Shown here piece by piece: positions 38,183 to 52,100 of a stretch of 64,000 nucleotides of DNA. Numbering within the stretch: the stretch's first letter is position 1; each line of letters opens with the position of its first letter. A model generated the notes under the pieces. The model was not told where the DNA came from. It did not search any database and was given only the letters and a program-made list of their open reading frames with translations. The translations under genes and the position numbers were made by a program. The stretch is from Antedon mediterranea. Lineage: Eukaryota; Animalia; Echinodermata. The DNA lies in NCBI RefSeq assembly GCF_964355755.1, contig NC_092670.1, positions 36,444,388 to 36,508,387 on the forward strand, written 5' to 3'.

Positions 38183-39767
38183 TAATAGACAGTATAGTAG
38201 TACTATATAGTAGTGAGGTGTTAAGGTTGGTTTTCCACTAGGACGCAACACAAGGATTAATCTGGTAAAAATATAAAATAGTTTGGCACATATGGCGTTT
38301 CATATGTATACTACTATACTACTACAAAAAATGGAAACGTCGACTGGTTGACTAACATAAAAAAGACAATAAATACAGACTTGGCGCATGTCTACACACA
38401 GTGTTACAATTATACCAATGATGATACAAGATGGATCAACCAATCTGTAACTTGTAAAAATTAGTTTAGTGTGTTGCAATGCTTCCTTGTGGGACTTAAG
38501 CTTCGAAAGAAATGTAGGTCGGTGGCCTACTAGTGATTGGATAATTTTATATCAATTTTTTAGTTATTAAATTGCACAGTTTTGTTCATTATGCACTAAA
38601 AAAATATTGCTTTTTTATAATCTTTTATTAAGTAATCATTATATCTATCAAGATATTCTGTTGGGATAGTGGAGAAGTAGAAATAAGATTAAGTGACAAA
38701 TCGTTGAGTCAATTTAGTTTACAAATAAGAATGTTTTTGGGGGGTTGAATGGAAAGAATATTTTCATGAAAGAATTGTTCTATTCTATCTTAATGAAAAT
38801 ATTCTCTTCATTCAACCAGGGCTATGATTCAACAAATAAAAACATTATTTATTCATCTTTAAGCTCTGTCTACACTATCAAACTAGTTTGACAAAAAAAA
38901 GTGTGATGTGCATAAATATGGTAGTGATATGCTCAAATATGGTAGTGATATGACATCATCATGTCCATATATGGGCACATCACATTTTATTGTGTAGACA
39001 GAGCTTTATACAATTTTTGAGGAAACATTTATTCAAATCCATCAAATGTTGAATGCTAGGCCATAGAATAAAGGCCGATTTTCATAGCATTTAATCAGTG
39101 TTGCAGGGTGGGTTCTTCTTCTCCCTGTATCATCACAATATATGTGAGCCAACCATTTCCTTACTAGAGGCTGGTTGACCATATAAAAGTAGTGACTTTT
39201 AATTGTTGAAATATGAAAAAATAAATGCTCATCAAGTGATACAAAATCAGCCAATCAAATAGCAAGGATTCACTAGGTGTGTTAAGCTCTGTCCACACTA
39301 TCAAACTAGTTTGACAAAAAAAAGTGTGATGTTCCCAAATATGGTAGTGATATGATCATGTCCATTTGTTACGGGCACATTTTTTTGTCGCATAAGGTTT
39401 GATAGTGTAGCCGGAACTTTACATTTCCTTATTTATCTTGCGCCACCAATTTTCTTTGTAATCTTGTATTCTCTATTATTGTGTACTGTTACTGAAATAA
39501 ATTTTATTTCCTAAGCATTAAATTCAATTGATATACAGTACAATAAATGGATGGATGACCCAGGTATTAAAATGCTACGTACATACAATAGAAAGACATC
39601 AAACAACTTTCTCCATTAATTTCTTTATTATTACTAATGTAGTATTTGAACTGAATAAACAATAAAAATATTAAGTTGTTTCCATGCTAAATTTTAGTAC
39701 TATTATTTTACTTGCACATGCTGCATCTACTGTACATTTCTGTATGATTATTTTGATAGCAATGTTT

Positions 39768-40472
39768 CTAGTAAGTTTGTATTTCTTGACCATGTTTCCA
39801 TATTTTTATGGTAGGTTTTAATGTGCCCTGTTTATCTGCAATATACTTGTTTATGGTCTTCTCCAGCCTATACCCCTTCCTCGCAAACACCATGTCCTCT
39901 TCTCTCAAACCAGTACATGGACAGAAATCGTTCCCACCGTCACCAACAACAACCACAACATCATACAGCTTGCCGACTTCTATACATCGCTCCAGATGAT
40001 CTTTCAGAACTTGGTTCTTGCAGAGGTTGGCAGGGCATCTCTGACACTTATGCTCGTGGTAGTGCTTGACGGAAAGACGTCCGTTGTGGAATTCGGCTGG
40101 ATTGGTATACACAGCATCGATGGAACCCAATAAACCTGCATCTTCCAGGATACAATCTATAAATATTTTATTAGAATCTGAAACTATAACACAATCTATT
40201 GATGATGTCTTTCCTTGAAACTGCAGGAGCTCCTTCATTCCTCCAACATACGGAATTTTTTTCATGTGGCGCAGGATCTTTTCTGGTTTCACATCTTTGG
40301 AGTGCATAAATTTGAAGATTTCATCCATGTAGTCTGTCCAGCTTTGATGAAGTTGATATCGTGATTTGATATCACTGGGAACTGTTTTGTCTGGACACAA
40401 CTGCACAATCCATGTGTCAGAATTATCATCTATAATCGTGTGGTCAAAATCACATGCTAATAAAATCTTCAT
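39768..40472 (-). CDS. PHOSPHO2: PHOSPHO1/2-type HAD phosphatase (pyridoxal-phosphate/phosphoethanolamine phosphatase family), 234 aa, intronless CDS
   Basis: HAD motif I DFDHTIIDDNSDTW, plus IVSDSN, YTNPAEF, C..CPANLCK, GDGGNDFCP and FARKGYRL; splice acceptor (T)n-AG at 40502. Confidence 0.92.
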   Translation of the reverse strand: MKILLACDFDHTIIDDNSDTWIVQLCPDKTVPSDIKSRYQLHQSWTDYMDEIFKFMHSKDVKPEKILRHMKKIPYVGGMKELLQFQGKTSSIDCVIVSDSNKIFIDCILEDAGLLGSIDAVYTNPAEFHNGRLSVKHYHEHKCQRCPANLCKNQVLKDHLERCIEVGKLYDVVVVVGDGGNDFCPCTGLREEDMVFARKGYRLEKTINKYIADKQGTLKPTIKIWKHGQEIQTY

Positions 40473-40663
40473 GGCTGGTAGATTAATACAGATTCAACAA
40501 CCTAAAAAAAAGAAGGCATCTTGTCGTGTTATTGTATATATACAATAGATGTGCTTTATACTTCTCATTCTCTCTCATTCATACTCATAATCAAAACATA
40601 CTGATTGTAATAACTTTTCTACCTTTTTAATTGTACAGTATACATAAAATGTCTATATCAAAG

Positions 40664-41112
40664 TTAAGCCCACATTAGGCTGGCTAGAGTTGGCTCTGGC
40701 ATCCCTGGTTCACCACCTTTCTTGAATCCTAGGTTTAAACATAATAATAGAATTATAAAAAACAAAACATTTCAAGCATGATTCACTCAATTTATGAATT
40801 AATAGATTCAAATGTAACTTGGAGGTATAATTTTCCATTCATGCTTTAAAATTTGCCACAAAAAACAGGAACTTCGCTCGTGGTGTTTATGTCGCTTATC
40901 TATACTACTAGACTAGCGGTACGGTTAGGCCTAGCTATCTATCTATATAGGCTAGGCCTAGGTAGAATTGAATTGAAATAGGTGATGATTTGTGACATTA
41001 TTAACTTACCAAGATACAAAATAAATGGAATAAAGCCGAAATGAAAGGTTAATTTAGCTGCTCTCATTACACTTAATAATCTATTTTTTGCCCCAGGGGT
41101 TAATTTTGGCAT
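40664..41112 (-). CDS. TOMM7: Mitochondrial import receptor subunit TOM7, 55 aa
   Basis: Exons 41112-41010 (MPKLTPGAKNRL..FHFGFIPFILYLG) and 40728-40664 (FKKGGEPGMPEPTLASLMWA*); the GFIP..YLGFK.G..PGMPEPT..SL.W signature is diagnostic. Confidence 0.96.
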
Positions 41113-41607
41113 TTTTAAGCGATTACAATACCACCGGAATCTCCAAACTACGACTCGACAACACACGACTTTAAAAAAGGCTTTCGAACCACATGGTCTC
41201 CAGGTAAGTTCAGGTATCCGTTTTGGAACTTGTGAATGTTCCCTTTTTACTATTAACTGTGGAACGCGAAAACGGTCATTTTAAGTAGGCCTACAATTTA
41301 ACCAACAACAGTTTTGTATTGTTTTCGTTTATAATTAACCACAGGATGGAGATATTATCACTAATCAATTTACGTTTCTTATCTTATATGATAATCAATA
41401 ATTAACACGAAGTGTATACAAAAAAGTAGAGGGGCAAAATCTGAGCGAAAAAGTTTGTGAGATTATTAGAAAAAATCGATAGGAATCCTAAGAATTAATT
41501 ACAATACCGGAAAAGTTAAAGGTCATGAGTCCACAAACAAACATTAAAGATCAAACACTTCCTTGAATTTTTCGATAATTTAAGGTCACAACAAACATTA
41601 CAATTAT

Positions 41608-41862
41608 AATGGAGTGGATGGGCTTGGCTCTCATTATGATACCAAATTTATCATAAACTTTAACATGGAAATTAGTGTTTTGATATATTCTGTTTGGTGT
41701 GGTTCAGCCTAAGTAAATCAGACTTAAACAATGTTGATGTTTAGTAATAAAATGAGGCGTGTCAAATTATTAATCAGACAATTCTAATCGATAATGTTTA
41801 CTGTTAAAGTTTATGATAACGTTAGTAGCATAATAAAGACAATTGGCCCATCCATTCCATAG
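41608..41862. mobile_element. Degenerate MITE in the TOMM7/TRAPPC9 divergent promoter region
   Basis: ATGGAGTGGATGGGC..TTATCATAAACTTTAACA ... TGTTAAAGTTTATGATAA..GCCCATCCATTCCATA inverted arms. Confidence 0.6.
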
Positions 41863-43108
41863 TCACTATTCAGTTCTGGAAGGCGATTGAGGACTGCTCG
41901 AGGTAAAACAAAACGCTTCCTTATCTTTTATTTCCACAGATCGATCAGGCTTTTAATCAACTTGGTTAATTTTATTGTTATCAGAGTAATATTTTTGTAC
42001 GCTCTCTGTTGTATTTTTCAAATATTTTTGTCTTTTTCTGTATATGAAGTTATTATTACTAACCTTCAACTAATGTTGAGTAATGTCAGGGCTCCGAATT
42101 GTATGTCAACATGAATTTCCTTTTGGACAAATAAAATGAACTATGAACTATATATTTTTTTCTTGTGAAAAAGTCGTTAATTTAATATCAGTTTCGTTTC
42201 TAACAAAATAAGTTCAGTACATTGGATAATGTTCTACGCGTTCCATATGTATCAACAAAAAAGGAACATTAAAAAAGTTCCAAAATGGTTAACAGATTAG
42301 ATCAAACAACAGAGGGCGTTTTTCTTCCCCCTCCCCACCTCCCCCATCATAATCATCCAAAACTGTTATACGTGTAATATTTTTAATTTAACCAGGCCTA
42401 GGCGTATCCTTTACTTAAATTGATTAAATAATTATTTTTAATACTCGAAGCATTTATTTAAAAAAGAATTTATGTTTTATATTTTTTTGTAGGTTTATTT
42501 GTAAAAAATTAATTGCATGTAAGCTCCTCTTGAGTTAAGGTCAAAGGACAGGAAAACATGGAGGATGACTCGAGCTGAGAGCAGCAAAATAAATTCAGCG
42601 CAGAAAGAGTGAGCTGGCAATATTAATGTTAATATCCTGCCCGGCTTCCTGTCTAAGGTTATCAGGTACTATGCCTAAACAAAGAATAAATTTGTATACG
42701 TTTGATTTTAAATTCAGGCATTATGCCATTATTATTATACTTTTATTATTTATTAATTAGAGGCGCTGGGCCAGCGGCAGGCCCCACCAAAACCGACGAC
42801 GAGCCCAGCCAGTGGCAGTAGTGTAGGCAGGCAGCCCTGAGCCACCATGGATTTTTTATTTTTTTTAGAGTAAGCTAGTAAGCCTAGGCGGGCTCTAGTT
42901 GGCTGTTGCCGGTTATATACTCAGGATACTGACCCTATCAAACAGTTTCTTTCAGCAAAACATTTTTTTATTAGCCAATTTGTATTTTTTTCCAAAAATA
43001 TAGAATGTTAAAATTTTAATTATGTTTTCATTTCATAATTATTGTATAGGCCTAGGCTATGTATATTAATAATAAACTATTAACATTTAATTTTAACAGC
43101 TAGGTAGG

Positions 43109-46100
43109 ATGAGCTTTGCTGATTATAGCCAAAGAGCGGAGGACCACCAATGCATGCTTGTTCTGGTCAAGCAAGTTGGTCCTCACAAGAGTAACCTGTT
43201 CCACAAGATCATTGATCGCATCTTTCTGGTAAACCACACGTTAGTCCCAGAATCAAAGCGACATGTCTGGCTGCGCTTTAAACGAGTTGTTCGTCTTGAG
43301 AACAATGCGTGGGGTGACTTTCAAGCGCATCGCCGTGTTGCTGGGTTGATGTGCGTAGGAAAAGCAACAACGGAAATAGAATTAGCAAGTATTTATGCTA
43401 ATTTTGACACGATGAAAGATGGGTACAAATCAACATTGTTTGACTCTCGTTGCTTTGTTTTCGGAATGACGGCAGAGACAGCAATGGAGTCTGTGTCTGG
43501 TGAAAAACCAGATGTAGTGTACTTCCCAAGTTTTGAAGAATCGCAGACATTGGAAGACTGTGTAAACGACTTTGCTTGCTCACTGTTCTGGGTCTTGGAA
43601 TCTAAGAGGCTTGAGAGACTGAACGATCGGAACGATAAACTTCCATTGTTAATTGCTCCTTTTGAACGTAAGGACATGGTTGGAATCGACACTGAAACCA
43701 GGTACAGTAAATAGAATTAGCTATTCTGTTGGGTCAGGGATGGTTGAATATGACATACTTACTCCCTCTGACCAGAGTGAAACTTACAAGTATAGTGTAT
43801 TTAAAGTTTTGCCAATTTTAAATTAATGTTGTCAACATGAAATTAAATTTCCTTACATCATACAAATGGAAGATATTGTTAAACATCTAAGAAAAAATAC
43901 TTTCAGTAAGTTGAAAAGTGAGATTTAGTTGACTATCATTCACTACACTGGTAATATTTCACCCCAAGGGGTAACTTGGAACAGCCATAACGGACCAATC
44001 AGTCATTCTATGACAAGACACCGGTCACCAGTTAATTAAAATTGAAATAAAAGAGTATACTGTACCAACACAGGTTTTTTAAAACCAAAATTTTACTGTA
44101 TTTTTACCGGGTTTAAAACATTTGTTTTTTTGTGTTATAAATTTTCAGAGCATTTAGGAGAAGAGTCGTTGGACGAATGCGCAAGCATCTAGCAGATCTT
44201 AGCTTGATGGCTGGTTTAGTACAAGAAGCCTTCAGTCATTACCAAGTAGCTTTTGAAATTCTAAAGAATGCTAATGATTGGCTGTGGATGGCAGGTAAAT
44301 TTTACAAACATTAAAGATGTATTGTCCCCCAAAAACATGAAAAATGAAGATTATTAAAATCAGATTTTAAATAGGCTATTTTGTAATTTTAATAAAGTTA
44401 ATGACTTCCGCAGGAAAAAATGGAAAAAAATAGTTTTCACTTATAAAAAGACAAAACAAATGGTTAAATTAAATTCAACCAAAACACATTGACTGGCAGT
44501 CAATTTTACTATTTTGTTCTTAAATTACAGTTTTTTCTCGTAAATATTTTGTTTTTCATCTTTATGTTTGAATGTCGTCTGTGTATTTTTATATTGCCTC
44601 TTCTAGTCAGTTGTACTGCTGTAGTGCTCTGTTATAATGAAATGTATACTTTGTTCTAGCAACTATTGAAGGTATGTGTGCTGCATCTGTTATCATGCTG
44701 TATCCTTCAACATTAAGAAAAGTGAACCTTCCTCGCAACTCATCCTTCACTGGTGGAATGTCACTGAAGCATGACCATGTCAAGATTAATAATAAAGGTA
44801 ACAATAGTTGTGTATGTACTGTAATTATTAAGCTCTGTCCACACTAGCAAACTTAAAGCTCTGTGTACACTATCAAAACTAGTGGAAAAAAAAAGTGTGA
44901 TGTGCCGAAATTTGGTAGTGAAATGAGGTCACTGTGTCCATATATGAGCACATCATATTTTTTTGTCACATACAGTTTTATAGTGTAGACAAAGCTTTAC
45001 ACCTAGAGCCTACTGTAGTTGCAAAAGTGTTCATTTGATTACTGTCCGATGTTTTTTGTATATCTAAAATAATCTGGAGAATTGTAACTTTAACAGTAAA
45101 CTAAAAAATATTGGCAACCTCCTGTGATTATTGAGAGGTCTGTGACATAATGTGAACAAGAGTGGAATGCACTTTTAATTACGTTTTAAGCTCTGTCTAC
45201 ACTATCAAACTAGTTTGACAAAAAAAGTTTGATGTGCCCAAATATGGTAGTGATATGGTCAAGTATGGTAGTGATATGATATCATTATGTCCATATATGG
45301 GCACATCACATTCACATACAGTTTGATAGTGCAGAAGAGCTTTAGTGACCACAATTTGTTTACTCTTTGCAGCATCTACGTTACCATCAAATGGCCTGAA
45401 GGAAGACATGTCAGATGAGAGGCAGAAGATATGCTATCCTGCAGATGATATAGTAGAGAAGTACAAAGAGGCAATTATGCATTATAGTAAGGTGTGTGAA
45501 TCTTGCATCACTTTATCTATTTTCTTTCCATTTCATTGTGTCAGAAAAGAACAAGAATATATAAAACAAAAAAGTTAAAAATCCAAAATACTGGTTAACC
45601 AAAAAGCAAAATGAATCACTGTCAGTGGCTCACCAAAATAGAAATTAAAAAGAGTATACAAATTATATTAAAATTCATTAAAATTCTTAATAAAACATTT
45701 AGAAATCATAATGATATAGTTAAAATCTAAATAATAAACTATTATAAATGAAATGCTTTAACCCCTTCTCTGCGTATACCCGGTACTAGACATATAGACG
45801 TCGTTGAAATACGTATACACGGTAATACCGGGTATGGGCAAAACATATTAGTTGCCTATAATATATAGCAACCTCTATATTTTTTCGATGAACTTGAATA
45901 TTTTTGCAAGTCATTAACATTTTTTTCCAGCAAAAAAAACCGCCCTCTATATCGTCTTGAAAATAATGCGCCCTCTATAGTATAGTTAGCACTGTTTATA
46001 CTTATGTTATTCAAATAACTGACAGATTTTCTTTATCATTATGTATGTTTGATTCTATTAATAGTATAAGCATGCAGGCATTGTAGAGATGGAAGCCAGC

Positions 46101-49100
46101 ATCAAGGCTACACAAGTGATTATTATGCAACAGGTAAGTGAGTTGTATACTGTATTAAATTGTTGCTTCTACTGTTAAGGCCAATTTACACAGACGAATG
46201 TTAAAGGTACAGTAAGCGGTAAACATAAAAATAGAATCTATGTTTCTTATGACCAGTTACACAAAACGCGGAGTGGATGGGTGGTTGAGCGCAAAACCCA
46301 CTCAAGATAGATACAGATTCTATGTGGGACATTCAAGCTACACGGTGTCTGCCAACCGTTACTGCTCGTCTGTGTAAATAGGCCTTTAGATGCCTTCTTA
46401 AAGATAGATTGCTATAGCCTGTTTGGCAACTTTTGCAAGCTCTGTAACAGAGATCAGAAATAAACAAATTAGAAGAAATATAAGAAAATAAGAAAATTAA
46501 AAATAACCTTTGCAACAATATTATTTATATTTTTTTCCACTAGCAAATGTTTGCTAGTTGTACAAATCTAACTAGCAAAAAAAGAACCAAGCTAGCAAGT
46601 AAAGACATTTATTATCAATAGTGTTTAGTTTTTATTAAAAAAAAATTCTCTATCCCATAATAATTATTAAGTTATATTCACTTGTTATCCCACTTTGTGC
46701 GGTGCTGCAGAATAAATCCGGCATCGATAATGATAAGGTATTGATATCAGTTTCATATAAAGCTCTGTTTACACTATCAAACTTTATGTGCCCATATATG
46801 GACATGATGATGTCATATCACTAGCATATTTGGGCACATTACACTTTTTTGTCAGAAGTAGTTTGATAGTGTAAACAGAGCTTAAGTTTAGTTTAGTAAT
46901 TACTTTATGAAGTATTTACCCTTTTTTCATACTAATTAAAACAAGATTTTGTGTAATATTTCAGTAATTTTTTTGTTGTGTACAGTAATTTTCTAAGGAT
47001 ATACTTTGTTTCTCACTGTTAGTCTTAATTGTAAAGTGATTTTATTTTATATTATGGATTTCTAATTAGAAAACAAAGAAAAAAAACCCAGAAAATTTGC
47101 ATATGTAAATGAATAAACCAGTATTTATTAACTGTACATTAAGTTCATTGCATGAAATATTTTAGTTGTGATCCTGAAGTTTGATGGCATGATTTTGATT
47201 TAGAATCCTAAGAAAGCGGTTTATTAATTTATTTAATTATTATTTAATATTTAACACCACAGGTCAAAATGTTAATGTTAAATTTCATATTTCCCATCAG
47301 TATTTTCATATGATAGATATGTGTTGTCACAATTCATTTATTTACACATTGAAAATGAAATTTTATAAATTAAAAAATGTATTTATTTTGAGTACATTAA
47401 AATCTAAATGTCTATGCATGTTTTAATTTTGTTGATAAAATCATTATAGTATTAGCTGTGAACATATAAATAGATTTTATTGATGTTGGGCTAGTTTTAA
47501 GAATTAGGGATACCAATTGATACAACAGCTAAATGATGGTGTATGTTTGTAGATTACAATAGCATAAAATTAAAATTCAGAAAGTCTAGTCTAATTTCAT
47601 TCAACTATAATTATATAACTATAACTTATTATATACAATAAGAAGTCATTTTTACCTTCTTGTACCATTTAAAGTTCTTCGTAAACACCTTTAATCATTT
47701 TTGTTATTTGCGTTTTCCTAAATTTTTTGTTTTATGTAGAAAAAACTTGAGGCTGCAGAGTTTCTACAAAACGTTGTGTACATCAACTTGAATCTGTCTG
47801 ACAGCGAAAAAGTTGAACGCTACAGCGCCCTCTCACACTTATTCTCAGAGATTGGCTTTAAGCGTAAAGCATCTTTCTTTAAGCGTGTTGCAGCAATGCA
47901 GTGTGTGTCGCCAAATAACCCATCTCCTGCCTGGGGACATGTAAGTAACAAAAGCCAGTTTTAAATGTGTATTAAAAAGAGCTCTTGTGTGTGTCCAACT
48001 CGGACAGCGAGACGTATCATGACGACCCAAAAACAACGCCCGATGCTATCTCCAGATGGCTCTTCATGATTCAATTTAGACAGCACCGAAATGTTGTACG
48101 ATAATGTCTGAGTTGGCCTTTACCTGTGCTCATTCTTCTGTCTATGTGAGGAATTGAGATAGACCAATACACTGGGGTTAACCCCTACTCTTCCTAAAGA
48201 TACATGAGTTAGGTGTGCACACTCCGCCTTCAGTTATACGTCCTGTTCTACCTCCAGAACTAATGGTCAAGGAAAGGTTTCAAACTGTGCCTATTTATGA
48301 CTACGATCTACCGAGTCCCGGCTTTAACCACTTGACCACTTGACCCGACATGTATGGATGCTTGACCTGACATGACATGACATGACTTATTGATGGATTT
48401 AATTTTATTATACATCTTTTACATTAGATGATTTAAAAAAATGTTTATTTATTTTCAGTGCCACTCAATGCTATTAGAAACTTTGAAAGGTTTCAGAATA
48501 ACCCTTGAACCCCGAGAGTTCATGTCAAACAAAACAAATGGTTGGCCAGACCTTCAGCAGAGGATAATGCAAGAGCTAGTGTTCACTGCTAGGAAAATGG
48601 GGAAAGCTGAAATAGCCATAAGGTATTTGTAATTTCAGCTAATTTTCTGCTAACTCTGTAATTAATGAAGTTAAATATTTTGGCACATATGGCGTTTTAT
48701 ACCTATGATATAATATTCACAATTACAAAAAACGTTGACTTGGTGGACTAACATAAAAACGACAATTACTATAAAAAAAAATAACTATGGACTTAGGGCA
48801 AATCTAAAATGAAACTGTGTTATGCCCACCCAATTTGAAATTTAGTTTAAGAGATTATAGGTTATAATAAATCCTAAGCACCAAAATGCTAGCCTCTACC
48901 ATTGAATTGAAATTTATATTTATACTGGGTAACCTCTTCAGTCAAAGACTGGTCTCCCGGAGGGCCCAGTTGGTGATCAGTGGCTGTGATGTACTAATAC
49001 ACCGGGGTAACCCCCTACTCGTCGCGAAAGATGTACACGAGCTAGATGTGTACACTGGACCTACGGTTTATAGTCCTTATCCGGGAAGACTCGTTCTACC

Positions 49101-52100
49101 ACCAGAACCATGGAGTGAGTGAGCCTCGAAACCCTGCCGATGTTATGGCTACGTAATTACGGTTCCACTGTCTTAACCGCTCGGCCACTCACTCACTCAA
49201 CCTGCAATTAATAGCTCAAACTATACTTTATTTTAAATATATTAATTTAATTATATCCTTATTATTAAGTATGTACTCCTGTAAACAAGTTTAATGATTA
49301 TAATTTGTTGTAGTATTGACCATAATTTATTTATTTTTTTTTTAGGTATATGTGTTTTATTCTTCATTGTCTCTCGGATCACTTGACAACATTAGAGAAG
49401 CGTGAGTTAGCTGCAATGCTAGAGAGCTACACATCAAAAGTACCAAGTCCAACTGACAGTATCTCACTTGACAATGGTCTTCTTTTACCTCCGGTACCAT
49501 TCACAAAATTTCCATCTCTTAGGTTAGTATTTAAGATTTGTTTTACCACAAATTACCTACATTTTTCCTGGCCATACCTGAGTATCAGACTGTATTCATA
49601 TTTCACATATTATATCTATTAGATGAGTGTATATATCACAGCCCCTGGATTGAACATATACTGTACATGTACGCTAGCAGCCAACATGTTTTATACAAAA
49701 AGATTAAAAAAATTCACACTTCCATTCCTAGTTAATAATAACCTTATGCAATAATGAATGTCTGTTATTGATATCTCCGATTATCAAATCAAATCAAATC
49801 AATTTTATTTCCACAATATTATAACATACATACATATTGTTGTTCCTTGTGCCCAGACATTTGATTTTTCTTTTTTTATGCAATAGCTTTTATAAATCGG
49901 CCTAGGATATAGATACTGTAGATATAGCTGTTGATTTTCCTCATAATGTTATATAATTTATTTTTTTAATGAATTTTATATTTTTTTATATTTTATGTTG
50001 CAATTTGGCTTGATTCTATATTTGTACATTTTTTTTCTATTTCATAATCATATTTGTATTTTTCTATTGAGCAATGTCGATTTAAAAATAAATCAGAATA
50101 AATGAATGAAAATGTAGATACTGCATTGATCCCAACACAAATATGTATGTACATACCTTGATCTGTATAGAACAAATTTAAATGCAATCTTTTTCTTTAC
50201 TTTCTTACAGGTCTTTTAAATTAGTACGTTTGTCCCCTCATCTAGACCCTGTGCATATTTTAGTAGAAAGTCCTAGTTGTAAGTCACCAGTTTTCAAGAG
50301 TCCATTCATCTATTCACCTCTACAATCAATGAACAGAAATAAAAAACTACCACCAACCAAAGTTGGTAAGTATCGTATACACTGTTGCTTAAAGACCTGT
50401 AATTTTTAAAGTTTTGTGAAAATAATGGATATATATAACTTTAAAAACATTAAACCGGGTCATTTCTTGTGCGTTCTAAGGTAAATTATGATAAAACGAG
50501 AAAAACACTGCATTACCTAAGTAACTCGCTTCACTTTTTTTTTACCGTTTAAAGAAGAACAAAATTATTGCAATAGGTCCACATAGTATTTCTTTTTACA
50601 TAAAATGTAGTATGTGACCTTAAATTAGGTACAAAAAAACCTGTAGGTCTAGTGTCTTTTACTAAATAAGTGGTCTATTGTTCTTGTCTTAGAGCCTTGC
50701 AATGATCACTGTTAATTTATGTTTTTCTTTAATAATAGCTTTTAAATGGGTTGCTGAAGAAATGTGTGAGGTTGAATTAAAGTTCTATAATCCATTACCA
50801 TTTGAACTCCGTGTTGCCAATTTGGTAAGAACATTTACTTTAAAAAAAATTATTTTATAATTATTATCTGCTCTTACTTAATACTTTGGGTTCTATAGTG
50901 TAGTCAGAATATAACTGTGATACTAACTTTAATCTTAGTCGGTATGAAATGGGTTTAGTGAAGTATATTAAGAATTCACCGATTGTTGTGTTCATTTCAC
51001 AACTTCTCACTAAAATGTACATTAGTCACCGTGGCTGTGTGTGTGTACTAGTACACCGGGGTAACCCCCTACTCGTCTTTTTAAAGTGCACCTGAGCTTG
51101 ATGTGTACACTGGATCTACAGTTTATAGTCCTTATCCGAGAAGACTTGTTCTACCACCAGAACCATGAAGCAACTGGGCCATGAACCCTTGACGTAATTT
51201 CCGTTCCACTGTTTTAACCGCTTGGCCATTCACTCCCTTTTCTGTTTTATATTAAAGTTTCTTTCCTGTTTAACACTTAATACTAGTTACAATATTTTAT
51301 CATAGGGCTTCCTTGCTGAAGGGGTTGAGTTTGACCCCACACCAGCAGCTATTGTCTTACCGGCTGAATCTGGTCCTCATCTTGTCTCCATAATGGGGAC
51401 ACCAAAGAAGATGGGCACATTGAAGATAACAGGTAAAGAAATGTGTACATTTGCTTGTTATACAAAGTTAAGCTCTGTCTACACTATCAAACTCAAGTTA
51501 GTGTTTACCGACCGACCAACCAACCAATTGACCGACCGATATAGTGAGCTGTAGAGTTGCGTTGCACGCGACTAAAAATGTGATGTGCCCATATATAAAT
51601 ATCATGATGTTATATCACTACCATTTTTGGGCACATTACACTTTTTTTGTCAAGTTTGACAGAGCTTTAGACAAGTTTACCTAACCCTATTTATTTTGAA
51701 TAAATAACCGTTTAATATAACCTCAATTTTTTGTTTTTATTTTAGGATATACCACACATGTAATGGGTGTAAAAAGTAATTGCAGGTTACCATTAATACC
51801 AAGTATCAAAGAGCCATATTATGAGGTTGAAGTAGTTCCGTCACTTCCGAGGTTAAAGGTCACAACATCATTACCAAAAGCAGCAAGTACACTTAGTCTA
51901 AAACCAGAAACAAAGAAGGTTTCTGTAGCATCATCTGTGAGCCTATTAGAAGGAGAAAGGTAATGTAAAGTCAATTGTACATATGTAGATTTGTGGTTAA
52001 TATGCTTGCTTTCCAATCCCAAGGTCCGGGATTTAATCCTGATCATTTGACAGAGTTTTAACTCACTACTGTTCCTACTCAATCAATCTCTTTTATTCAT

